Source: Corallococcus sp.
GTDB taxonomy: Bacteria; Bacillota; Clostridia; Christensenellales; CAG-314
Assembly: GCA_023665205.1 (NCBI GenBank)
Contig: JAMPEJ010000006.1
Coordinates: forward strand, 47,513 to 111,512
Length of the DNA: 64,000 nt
Reading direction: 5' to 3'
Of this stretch, positions 47,447-57,020 are shown in pieces. Each line of letters opens with the position of its first letter. Position 1 is the first letter of the stretch. The notes under the pieces were generated by a model, which searched no databases, was not told where the DNA came from, and saw only the letters and a list, made by a program, of their open reading frames with translations. The position numbers were made by a program, and so were the translations under genes.

Positions 47447-47493
47447 GATACCAAGCATAGAGCGTAAACCGTTCTTACTCGGAGGTTAAATAA

Positions 47494-48372
47494 ATGAGCG
47501 TTCTTATTATCGACGCAGACGGGGATCTGTGGTTTACCCGTCAGGAAGAGTTGGGCGTGGACTATATCAAAATGCCCTATTCCTACAACGGGAGCGAATA
47601 CTACTACGATCTTGGCAAGAATACCGATTTCAACGCGTTTTACCAAGCGGTACGCGGCGGAATCATCCCAAAAACAATGGCGCTTAATCCGCAGGAATAC
47701 GTGGAGATTTTGGAACCGTATTTCAAAAAGGGCGAAGACGTTTTGTACGTAAGCTTTTCTCACGCTATGAGCGGCACGTTCGATCACTTGGAAACCGCGC
47801 TTAAAAGTCTTGCTCAAATTTATCCCGAGCGCAAGTGCCGCGTGTTCGATACCAAGTCTATTTGTCTAGGCGCGGGTTTGCAGATGGAATACGCAGCGGA
47901 ACTGAAAAATAACGGAGCGACGGACGACGAAATAATAGCCGCGTTGGAAGAATTTACCGACAAAGTCGCGATGTATTTTGCAGTTGACGATCTTATGCAC
48001 TTAAAGCGCGGAGGAAGACTTAGCGGTTTCGCCGCGTTTGCAGGCACAGTATTGCAGTTGAAACCGATTTTAACGACAGACAACAAGGGAAGCCTTGCAG
48101 TGTTGCAAAAAGTGTCGGGCAAAAAGAAGGCTATCCGCGCCATGGCGGAAAAAGTTATAAACGATCTGGAAGAAACCCATCTTCCCGTATACGTAGTAGA
48201 CGCCGACTGTAAAGAGGACGGCGATTTGTTGGCTAAACTGATTGCCGAAAAACGCCCCGACGCAAAGATAAAACGGCAAATAATAGGTCCTGTAATAGGT
48301 TCGCATTGCGGTCCGGGTACTGTCGGAGTTATTTTTGTTGCAAGCAAGCGCCCCATCGCGTTGGAGAAGTAG
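47494..48372 (+). CDS. DegV family fatty-acid-binding protein
   Basis: Full-length DegV pattern (IIDADGDL.., SG.K.AI.., IGSHCGPGTVGV). Confidence 0.85.
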   Translation: MSVLIIDADGDLWFTRQEELGVDYIKMPYSYNGSEYYYDLGKNTDFNAFYQAVRGGIIPKTMALNPQEYVEILEPYFKKGEDVLYVSFSHAMSGTFDHLETALKSLAQIYPERKCRVFDTKSICLGAGLQMEYAAELKNNGATDDEIIAALEEFTDKVAMYFAVDDLMHLKRGGRLSGFAAFAGTVLQLKPILTTDNKGSLAVLQKVSGKKKAIRAMAEKVINDLEETHLPVYVVDADCKEDGDLLAKLIAEKRPDAKIKRQIIGPVIGSHCGPGTVGVIFVASKRPIALEK

Positions 48373-48465
48373 CGTTAAGAATGCTTGACAACTTTTTGTC
48401 GCAATCGTAAAATATTTTGGAAAATTTACGATTTGTGCCGAAAGTCTGCGCACACAAAAGGAAAA

Positions 48466-49632
48466 ATGAAAGAAATAATAGTAAAAGAAATATCCGCAAC
48501 CGGCGATAAAAAGAAATTTTTTAAGTTTATTGTGAATTTGTACAAAAAAAACGAATACGCCGCGCCTAGTTTGTATGCGGACGAAATGGCGGAGTTCGAC
48601 CCGAAAACCAACGACGCGTTCAGGTTTTGCGAGTGCAAAATGTTTTTGGCTTACCGCGGTAAAAAAGTGGTTGGAAGAATTGCCGGCATCTGGCATAAGT
48701 TCGTCAACGAAAAAAACAACGTCAAGCAACTGCGGTTTACGAGGTTTGACGTTATCGACGACTTTGATGTGACCAAAGCGTTATTTTCCAAACTTGTCGA
48801 GTGGGCAAAAGAGTTGGGGATGGAGGAAATTGTAGGACCAATGAGTTTTTCCGACCTCAACGAAGAAGGAATGCTTATCGAAGGTTTTGACCGCGACAGC
48901 ACTTACATAGAAATTTACAATTACCCTTACTACGTAGAGCATATGCAAAAATTGGGTGCGTACAAAGTGGTGGACTGGAATTGCTATCGCATAAAAGTTC
49001 CCGAAAAGCGCGACGAAAAGTTGATGCACGTTGCAAACCGCGTGCAGCAACGCAACGGATACGAAATAGTTGACGTTGCGACCCTCGCCAAAAACAAGGA
49101 CAAAAAAACTCTAAAAAAGATTTTTATCGAATGTTTGGAAGTGTTGGACAAATCGTTTGAAAAACTGTACGGCACAAGCGCGATAAACGAAAAGCAGATG
49201 GCGCGTGAGGCGGATTCTCTGTTGCAAGTGTTTGTACCGCAGATTTGCTGCGCAGTAAGGCACGAAGGTAAAATAGTAGGCTACGGTTTTGCTTTGCCTA
49301 CGTTGCACAAAGTGTTGAATAAAGGTCGAGGGCACATATTGCCGCGAGGTCTAATCCCCTATATACAAACGATGTCTCACCCGAAGGTTGTTGAATTGCT
49401 TTCGGTCGGCGTTTTGGACGAACACCAAAACCGCGGCGTTACGGCAATTATAGTCAATGAAATTTTGGGCGGAATAATAAATATAGGTGCCGAATGGATG
49501 GAAGCAGGCCCCGAACTGGAAGATAATTTGCCCGTGCAGCACCTGTGGAACAGTTATGAAAAGGAACTGCACAAACGTCACCGTTGTTGGGGATTGAACG
49601 TGGCGGAACTGGACAAAACGCTTAACGGTTAG
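48466..49632 (+). CDS. Uncharacterised GNAT-fold-like protein
   Basis: ATG at 48466 (MKEIIVKEI). The C-terminal region with HQNRGVTAIIVNEI resembles an acetyl-CoA-binding Q/RxxGxG/A segment. Family assignment is tentative. Confidence 0.5.
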   Translation: MKEIIVKEISATGDKKKFFKFIVNLYKKNEYAAPSLYADEMAEFDPKTNDAFRFCECKMFLAYRGKKVVGRIAGIWHKFVNEKNNVKQLRFTRFDVIDDFDVTKALFSKLVEWAKELGMEEIVGPMSFSDLNEEGMLIEGFDRDSTYIEIYNYPYYVEHMQKLGAYKVVDWNCYRIKVPEKRDEKLMHVANRVQQRNGYEIVDVATLAKNKDKKTLKKIFIECLEVLDKSFEKLYGTSAINEKQMAREADSLLQVFVPQICCAVRHEGKIVGYGFALPTLHKVLNKGRGHILPRGLIPYIQTMSHPKVVELLSVGVLDEHQNRGVTAIIVNEILGGIINIGAEWMEAGPELEDNLPVQHLWNSYEKELHKRHRCWGLNVAELDKTLNG

Positions 49633-49779
49633 CGCTGCGTATAGGTGGAAAATATAATAAAAGCCAAGCAATCATCTGCAAGGATTGCCGTAGGAAATAT
49701 AAAAATATAATTACAGCCGTTATAAAGGCGCGCGAATATATGCGTAAAATTACGCTCAAAAACGGCGACTGAAACGAGT

Positions 49780-50358
49780 ATGAAAATAAAAAACAAAGAA
49801 CTGTTACGTACCATAAAATATGCTCTTATAGCAATTTCGGCAGGCGTTATCCAACTAGTGAGCTCCATTGTGCTGAAACTCATTTTGGATCAAACGGGAC
49901 TAAAAGATCACTCGCTGTTTTTTATCAAGGAATTCGGAACAACGACGTTTATTTCCGACACGGTGGGCTTATTCCTCTCTATATTATGGAACTTTACTTT
50001 CAACCGCAAATATACGTTTAAGGCGGCAAACAACGTTCCCGTAGCAATGTGTCTGGCATTGTTGTTTTACGTGCCTTTTTATCCTTTCCAGATTTGGTAT
50101 ATAGATACGATCGAAAAAGCGCTGGTAAATATAGGATTTTGGGGATACGTTATCGGACTTGTCACTTGTATGCTGATCAACTTTGTTCTGGAATTTACTT
50201 GGCAGAGATTCGTTGTGTTCCGCAAGTCTTTGGATACAAACAACGTAGCTCAAAAGGAAACGCAAGAGGAAAACTCCGCTGACGAAAGCAGAGCGGAACC
50301 GCAGAACGGAGCGGACGAAACGGAAACAATTGCGGATACTAGCGATAAGACGGAATAA
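49780..50358 (+). CDS. GtrA-family membrane protein
   Basis: Four TM segments with WNFTFNRKYTFK, the GtrA-like signature. Acidic C-terminal tail. Confidence 0.75.
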   Translation: MKIKNKELLRTIKYALIAISAGVIQLVSSIVLKLILDQTGLKDHSLFFIKEFGTTTFISDTVGLFLSILWNFTFNRKYTFKAANNVPVAMCLALLFYVPFYPFQIWYIDTIEKALVNIGFWGYVIGLVTCMLINFVLEFTWQRFVVFRKSLDTNNVAQKETQEENSADESRAEPQNGADETETIADTSDKTE

Positions 50359-50473
50359 AATGGTTTATACGAAAAAGACGGTTTGTCGGTTGCATGTGTT
50401 AAGAGTTACGACAGCGTAACGTAAAATCCGTCCACAGTCAACACAGCAAAATAATGAAAACACATTAAATATT

Positions 50474-50503
50474 GCCGCGAGTGGAAACGCGCGGCTTTTT
50501 GTT
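50474..50503 (+). terminator. Rho-independent terminator
   Basis: GCCGCG..CGCGGC stem followed by TTTTTGTTT. Confidence 0.6.
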
Positions 50504-50516
50504 TCTAACAAAGGTA

Positions 50517-50545
50517 TTGACAATGCTTTTGTCAAATGCTAAAAT
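50517..50545 (+). promoter_or_regulatory. Sigma-A-type promoter upstream of tRNA-Ser
   Basis: TTGACA (50517..50522), 17 nt, TAAAAT (50540..50545). The -35 is part of a TTGACAA/TTGTCAA inverted repeat. Confidence 0.55.
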
Positions 50546-50725
50546 TACAAATAAGGCAACAAAAATAATATACGTGGAAGTGTATTTCGTTGCTTTGCAA
50601 CGAAGGTTGCGGTAAAGCCGCAAACGAGTGAAACGTTCGGAAAATATAGCAGCGAAGTAGCGAACGTCGGCCGATAAGGACAAAGAAGCGACAGTAAAAC
50701 AAAATAAAAACAAGGTAATAAATAT

Positions 50726-50814
50726 GGAAGTGTATCGAAGCGGTCACAACGAGGCGGTCTTGAAAACCGTTTGGGTGCAAGCCCACGGGGGTTCGAATCC
50801 CTCCACTTCCGCCA
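50726..50814 (+). tRNA. tRNA-Ser (anticodon UGA), CCA encoded
   Basis: Hand-folded cloverleaf. Acceptor GGAAGTG/CACTTCC, anticodon stem GCGGT/ACCGT with loop CTTGAAA, long variable arm TGGGTgcaaGCCCA, T-arm GGGGG-TTCGAAT-CCCTC, discriminator G plus CCA. 89 nt. Confidence 0.9.
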
Positions 50815-50940
50815 TTGCAGCGGCTCCGTTTGCGAGCCGCAAACGAAAAGGCATATCGTTTTTTAGCAAAACGGTTTAGATATTCTTTATTTTCTGCGTC
50901 CGAAGCGGGCGCGCATATTTTATTTGTTAAGAGGGATCTT

Positions 50941-51762
50941 ATGATAAACGTTTACTATTGTACGGATAACAAACTGTTTAGTCAACAGGTTATTTCTTTG
51001 TTATCTCTTGCCCAAACGTGCAGCGATGCGTTAAACGTTGTCAATCTTACGGTAGAGATCCCCGAGTATGCGCCAAAAGGACTTAGAACCAGCGTAGAAC
51101 AAGACGAGTTGTGCAACAAAATTTTGAAGCGGTACAATCCCGAAAGCACGTTCCGTTCCATAGACGTATCGGATTTGATGCGTAAATATTTGTGGGGCGG
51201 ACCCAATATGCACAACAAGTATTACAGTTACTACGTGGTAGTCCGTCTGCTTGCCGACCTTGTAGAAGAGATACCCGACAAAGTATTGTACTTGGACGCA
51301 GATACTATCATGTGCAAGGACATAAAGCCGTTTTACGATATGAACGTAGATAAGTACGAACTGGTTGGACGGCGCGATTTGTTTTTCCCGTATAAATACA
51401 TACAGTCCGGCGTTATGTTGCTCAATATGAAACTTATTCGCGAGCGCGGTTCTTTTGCAAAAGCGCGGCATTTGTGTTTGACAAAAAAATACGTATGCTA
51501 CATTGATATGTCGGCAATCAATTCTGCTTGCAAGTCAAAAAAACTGGTGCGCCGTATTTACAACCATTATCAGTACAGCGACAAGGCGGTTATCCATCAC
51601 GTGTGCGCCACAAGAGAAAGTAATTTTCCGCCGTTTACCAAAAAGTGGTGGCACCGCATAAAGATAGACGAAATAGACTTGATGAAAAAGCGTCACCCTG
51701 TATATATTCCCCTTTACGAACAGTTTGAACAGATCCGCGAAGCGTACCCGCATTTGTTTTAA
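50941..51762 (+). CDS. Glycosyltransferase family 8 protein
   Basis: ATG at 50941 after AGAGGGA. VLYLDADTIM (DxD) and SGVMLLNM are typical of GT8. Confidence 0.75.
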   Translation: MINVYYCTDNKLFSQQVISLLSLAQTCSDALNVVNLTVEIPEYAPKGLRTSVEQDELCNKILKRYNPESTFRSIDVSDLMRKYLWGGPNMHNKYYSYYVVVRLLADLVEEIPDKVLYLDADTIMCKDIKPFYDMNVDKYELVGRRDLFFPYKYIQSGVMLLNMKLIRERGSFAKARHLCLTKKYVCYIDMSAINSACKSKKLVRRIYNHYQYSDKAVIHHVCATRESNFPPFTKKWWHRIKIDEIDLMKKRHPVYIPLYEQFEQIREAYPHLF

Positions 51763-51873
51763 TAGACTGTTAAACGCTATTATTCATACGTTTGTAATCA
51801 CGATTGTGGGAGTAAGTAGAGCGCCTGTGATACCGAAGAATACGGACGCATCTGCTAAATAAATAACCGCATT

Positions 51874-51907
51874 AACGAATCCGCTAGAAAAAGAGGATTC
51901 GTTTTTT
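51874..51907 (+). terminator. Rho-independent terminator
   Basis: AACGAATCC..GGATTCGTT stem followed by T-run. Confidence 0.7.
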
Positions 51908-52257
51908 CATAATACTATTTGCGTCAATGTGTTATTTCTTTTAAGCTTAACAATTTTTATATATTGTAATTTATATAGGCATTGACTCGCGTGTAATTGC
52001 GATAAACGGTCGTACTGTATTCGCGCGTCCGTGCCTGCTGTCTGTCGTGTCTCGAACGACATTTATTTTTTTCGTCATTAATCTATGTTGTCTTAGTTGC
52101 TAGAATTTTGACAAAGCCGGATACGGAACGGCGCATTGCAGATTTATCGGCAAAAAGTTTGCAAAAGTAAACGATTGATTTTTTTGACAAAATGCTTTAT
52201 GATTGAATAAAATCCAAGGGGAGATTTTGTCGGGAAAATTTAGGGAGGAAAATTGCT

Positions 52258-52959
52258 ATGAGTTTTTTACGCTTGCAAAACGTGTGTAAACGCTATTCTA
52301 CCAAGGCGGGCGATTTTGACGCTTTGACCGACGTCTCTTTTGAACTGGAAAACGGCGAATTCGTAGTTATACTGGGGCCTAGCGGCGCGGGCAAAACGAC
52401 GTTACTCAACCTGCTGGGCGGAATGGATAATATATCGTCGGGCGAAATAGAGTTAGACGGAAAAAGTATAGGCAGTCTCAACAAAAAGCAGTTAACGCAG
52501 TACCGCCGCGACGAAATCGGTTTCGTATTTCAGTTTTATAACCTTATGCCAAACCTTACGGCGCTAGAAAACTTGGAACTGGCAACGGAAATATGCCCCG
52601 ACGCTCTTACTCCTCTAGACGTACTTGCCGACGTGGGACTAGCGGACAAACGTTCCAACTTTCCCGCGCAGCTTTCCGGCGGAGAACAGCAGCGCGTAAG
52701 CATTGCCCGCGCTATTGCAAAAAATCCAAAACTGCTGCTTTGCGACGAACCTACCGGCGCGTTGGATTACGCAACGGGAAAAAACATTTTGCAATTGCTG
52801 CACGACGTAAGCAAAACCAAAAACAAGTTGGTAGTGGTCGTTACCCACAACCAAGCGCTTAAAGATATGGCGGACAAAGTAATTTTTATCAAAAACGGTC
52901 ATATTGAAAAAATAGAAGTAAACGCCGCGCCTAAACCGATAGAGGAGATAGAGTGGTAG
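52258..52959 (+). CDS. ABC transporter ATP-binding protein (MacB/LolD-like)
   Basis: Walker [10 protein letters not shown], signature LSGGEQQR, Walker B LLLCDEPT. Confidence 0.9.
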   Translation: MSFLRLQNVCKRYSTKAGDFDALTDVSFELENGEFVVILGPSGAGKTTLLNLLGGMDNISSGEIELDGKSIGSLNKKQLTQYRRDEIGFVFQFYNLMPNLTALENLELATEICPDALTPLDVLADVGLADKRSNFPAQLSGGEQQRVSIARAIAKNPKLLLCDEPTGALDYATGKNILQLLHDVSKTKNKLVVVVTHNQALKDMADKVIFIKNGHIEKIEVNAAPKPIEEIEW

Positions 52960-52960
52960 T

Positions 52961-54763
52961 ATGAAATCTTTTACAAAATCGGCTTTTAGGTTATTTTCGC
53001 AGCACGTGGTGCGGCTTATTACGATAATAGCCATAGTTGCGGTCAGCATAGGCGTATCCAGCGGAATTGCGGAATTACAAAACCGCATAACAGTTGCGGA
53101 AAACGGTTTTTACAAGGAACGCAACGTTTCCGACTTGTACGTAAAAAGCGCGCGCGTCGCAACTTTGCCTAACGGCTCCGTTGTTCCCGTCGGATTTACC
53201 GCTGAAGAAACGGATTATCTTGCGGAAACTTACGGAGAAGAAAATTTGCGGAAAAGTTTCTACTACGAAACGAAAAACGACGACGGAGAAATAACACGCG
53301 TATGCACGCTTGATTTTTCCGACGACAAAATCAACAAATTTAAGATTTTAGAAGGACGTTTGCCTCAAAACGACGGCGAAATTTTGACGGAACGGAAAAC
53401 CGAACAGATAAAGGCATACGAAATCGGCGATAAAGTGACGGTTGCCGGCGCAGAACGTACCGTTTGCGGAGTGGTGGAAAATCCGCTTATGCAAATTACG
53501 CGTAACGAACCCAGCCTTGTTTACGAAAACGAATATTTGACTTACACGGTATACCTGCACCAAGAACAAATACCCGTAGTCAACGACGTGTACATAACTC
53601 TGACCGACCGCGAACTGTTTGACGGATTTTCCCGCAAGTACGAAAAGGAAATCGGTTTGCAAAAGCAAAAACTCGGGGAATATTTCCAAGATAACGCAGC
53701 CGTACTGTCTTTGTACGAAAATGTCGGAATATATTCCATGGTTTCGTACGCGGAAAAAGTAGGTATAATAGCCGTAGTGTTCGTGGTGTTCTTTTTGTTG
53801 GTTGCAATGCTTATCACTTACTCGGGCATGTCTCGGCTCTTTGCCGAGGAGCGTCCTAAAATTGCCTGTCTAAAAACGTTGGGGTACGCCGACAACAGGA
53901 TAATAAACCGCTACGTGCTGTTTGTCGCAATGGGAACCTTTGCCGGCGGCGCGATTGGTTTGCCGATAGGCATAGGTCTTACGTATCTTTTGTACGTAGC
54001 GTTCAATCAGCAGTACGCCATGCCGCCCTTCCCGGGAGTTACCAGTATGTGGTACTATATGATAATTTTTGCCGTGACGTTTGTTCCGCTGTTGCTGCTT
54101 ACGTATTTTACCGGCAAAGTGACCGTTAGAGAAAAGCCCGTACAACTGATGACTTACAAAGCTCCGAAGTCCGGCAAAAAAGTTTTTTTGGAAAAGATCC
54201 CCGCGTTGTGGAGCAAAATTTCTTTCAAGTACAAATCCACCTTGCGCAACACGCTGCTGTTCAAAAGCAGATTTTTTATGACGGTTATCGCCATAATAGG
54301 TTCAACCGTTTTGCTGCTTGCGGGACTGGGACTTATGGATTGCGCAATGAAGGAGGAGGGCGCAGAGTCTATCGTTGCGATCGCTTTGGCGTTGGTAGCG
54401 TTTTCGGCGGCGCTGTGCGCGTTGGTTTTGTACAATATCACTAACGTAAACGTCAGCGAACGCAATCGCGAAATCGCGACGCTTATGGTGCTTGGCTATC
54501 ACGACGGAGAAGTGACCGGATACATATTCCGAGAAATTTACATTATGTGCGCCGTGGGCGCGGTATTGGGCGTACCGTTCGGCGCGGCGTTTATGCAATT
54601 TGTGTTCAGTCTGATTGACTTCGGCACTCTTGCCGACATCAATTGGTGGTCTTGGCTGCTTGCGCCCGTAATTACTATGGCGTTCAGTTTTTTGTCCACA
54701 ATGATGCTCCGCAAAAAAATTACTAAAACGGATATGAACGCCTCGTTAAAAACGTTGGAATAG
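52961..54763 (+). CDS. ABC transporter permease, FtsX/MacB-type with large extracytoplasmic domain
   Basis: Adjacent to the ATPase (2-nt gap). N-terminal TM, about 220-aa loop, then two FtsX-like TM bundles. Confidence 0.8.
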   Translation: MKSFTKSAFRLFSQHVVRLITIIAIVAVSIGVSSGIAELQNRITVAENGFYKERNVSDLYVKSARVATLPNGSVVPVGFTAEETDYLAETYGEENLRKSFYYETKNDDGEITRVCTLDFSDDKINKFKILEGRLPQNDGEILTERKTEQIKAYEIGDKVTVAGAERTVCGVVENPLMQITRNEPSLVYENEYLTYTVYLHQEQIPVVNDVYITLTDRELFDGFSRKYEKEIGLQKQKLGEYFQDNAAVLSLYENVGIYSMVSYAEKVGIIAVVFVVFFLLVAMLITYSGMSRLFAEERPKIACLKTLGYADNRIINRYVLFVAMGTFAGGAIGLPIGIGLTYLLYVAFNQQYAMPPFPGVTSMWYYMIIFAVTFVPLLLLTYFTGKVTVREKPVQLMTYKAPKSGKKVFLEKIPALWSKISFKYKSTLRNTLLFKSRFFMTVIAIIGSTVLLLAGLGLMDCAMKEEGAESIVAIALALVAFSAALCALVLYNITNVNVSERNREIATLMVLGYHDGEVTGYIFREIYIMCAVGAVLGVPFGAAFMQFVFSLIDFGTLADINWWSWLLAPVITMAFSFLSTMMLRKKITKTDMNASLKTLE

Positions 54764-55440
54764 AAATGCGGCGGCAAAATTGAAATTTTTTTGAAACCGT
54801 AAAAAAACAAGGTTCGGCGTTGCATTGGGTTTTTTGCGTCATAACAAATACGTTTTCTTTTTCGTGGATGGTGTAAATACGGTTTTTGCAGTAGGCGTAA
54901 AATTGAGAAAGACGTAGGTACCGACTTGATAAACCTGTACAATTGCGGAATACGTTTTGTAAAAAACGAAAATACAAAGAAAAAAGGAATCACCTCGGCG
55001 TGGTTCCTTTTGCTTGTTGCTGTTTTACCAAAGACCCTCGGAAAATCTTTGGCCAAACGGCGTCTAATAGAGTCGTCCATGCTATGGGCCGTCGCTTGTT
55101 TGCAGACCGCAAATTTTTACAAGGAGAAAACGAAAAACTTGCAATAAAAAAGGTCTGCTGCGAAGCGAGCAAACCGTAAATTACTATACTTTTAGGGTAT
55201 TGTAAAATTTGTTTGATAGCGCTCCACGTCTGTGACAGTACACAACCTGTTGGGTTGTATCCCAGCCAAGACAACGCAACGGACTGCGTTTTGTCATTGG
55301 CTTCGGCAACGCACCCTTTCGGCAAGGGACATTCCGTTTCGTCCCCGGCGTACTGATGAGCGCTGCGCCTCTATCTGTTTGTAGTATATACTATGTTTTG
55401 TGTTTTGTCAACAATAATTGCGAACAAAATCAAAAGTTGT

Positions 55441-56898
55441 TCACACTGTTTTTTGTTCGGTAGTTTCCGTACGGTCAGTTTCTTGTACGGCCGCAACCGA
55501 AGATGCGGCAACGGAACTTGTTTGCAAAGACAGGAAATCGGCTTGTTTGCTTTGTTTGCCGTACAAAACAACGAACGTCAGTAGGTGCACGGCAACCGTA
55601 GCTATCCAAGATAGCGGATATGATATCATAAGGCCTTCCAAGCTGTGGAATATATTCAGCGGAAACGCCGCGTATATCCATACTATGCGCAATCCGCATA
55701 CGCCCAACACGGAAACAATCATGGGAACAACGGAGTAGCCGATGCCTCTCACGGCAAACGCAAGCACGTCCAATGCGCCGTAGATAAGATAGGTAAGACA
55801 TATTATCGCAAGCCGTCGGTAACCTATTGCTATCGCTTGCTTGTCGGAAATGTATATAGAAAGCAATTGTTTGCCCAACAGTGTTGCCGCCGTCCCGAAA
55901 ACGAATCCGCAAATGCAGGCGTAGCCCACGCAGTAACACACGATTTTTTTGATATTTTGCCATTTGTTTGCTCCGTAGTTGGCGGATACGAACGCAATGC
56001 ACGTTTGAGCAAAACCGTTCATCGTGGTGTACACGAAACTTTCTATGGAGCTTGCCGCGCCGTTGCCGTCCATAGTGTACGCTCCCAAACCGTTTACGCT
56101 GGACTGTATCAATACGTTGGACAAAGCAAACACAACTCCCTGCAATCCCGCCGGCAAACCGATACGCGTAATCTCCGCCGCTTCGGTTTTGTAAAAACGC
56201 ATTTCGCGCATGCGGAAGTGGAAAAAGCCTTTGTTTCTAAGCAAACATACAACAATGCACGCTGCGGATATTGCCTGCGACAAAACGGTACCCAGCGCTA
56301 CTCCGGCGACGTCCATCTTGAATAATATTACAAACAGCAAATTGAACAATACGTTGAATATGCCTGAAGCCGCCAAAAAGTAAAACGGGCGTTTCGTGTC
56401 TCCTACTGCGCGCAGCAGTGACGCGCCGAAATTGTAAATCAGAGAAAACGGTACGCCGCAAAAGTATATGCGCAGGTAACTTGTAGAAAGATCTATTACG
56501 TCTTCGGGAGTGCCCATCCACTCCAAAAAGAGACGCGCCATTCCCGCTCCGAACGCTCCTATAAATACTCCCATTACAACGGACAATATCATTGCGGTGT
56601 AGGCTACACGCTGTCCTTTTTCCTTTTGTCCCGCGCCAAAGCATCTGGCCATAAGAACGTTCGCGCCTACGCTCAAACCCAAAAATAATTGAACGACCAA
56701 GTTTATCAGAGCGTTTGTTGCGGAAATTGCCCCTACGGAGTGGATAGAACCGAATTTGCCGCATACCACAAGATCTGCCGCATTGTATAACAATTGCAGC
56801 AATCCGGAAAAAACGATAGGCAAGGCATACAGCAATATTTTTTTGAAAAGATTGCCGCTCGTCATATCCATTTCGTTTTTGCGTATCGTTTGCGTCAT
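55441..56898 (-). CDS. MATE family efflux transporter
   Basis: ATG at 56898 (MTQTIRKNEMDMTSGNLFKKILLYALPI). 12-TM MATE pattern. The track start at 57018 adds a non-MATE Cys-rich extension. Confidence 0.85.
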   Translation of the reverse strand: MTQTIRKNEMDMTSGNLFKKILLYALPIVFSGLLQLLYNAADLVVCGKFGSIHSVGAISATNALINLVVQLFLGLSVGANVLMARCFGAGQKEKGQRVAYTAMILSVVMGVFIGAFGAGMARLFLEWMGTPEDVIDLSTSYLRIYFCGVPFSLIYNFGASLLRAVGDTKRPFYFLAASGIFNVLFNLLFVILFKMDVAGVALGTVLSQAISAACIVVCLLRNKGFFHFRMREMRFYKTEAAEITRIGLPAGLQGVVFALSNVLIQSSVNGLGAYTMDGNGAASSIESFVYTTMNGFAQTCIAFVSANYGANKWQNIKKIVCYCVGYACICGFVFGTAATLLGKQLLSIYISDKQAIAIGYRRLAIICLTYLIYGALDVLAFAVRGIGYSVVPMIVSVLGVCGLRIVWIYAAFPLNIFHSLEGLMISYPLSWIATVAVHLLTFVVLYGKQSKQADFLSLQTSSVAASSVAAVQETDRTETTEQKTV

Positions 56899-57020
56899 GA
56901 TCGGTTTGCCCTCGGTGCAAGACCATATTATAGTACTTTGCCGCAATAAACACAAACAAATAAATGCACAATTCCAACAAAATACGCATATAATTACGGT
57001 AGCGTACAGGAGGGGCATTT

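Noticed and set aside
55344-55365. A CTGATGAG string resembling the hammerhead ribozyme core.
   Set aside because: The sequence after it (CGCTGCGCC TCTATC) cannot form stem II followed by the required GAAA. No matching stem I/III or cleavage-site context exists on either strand.
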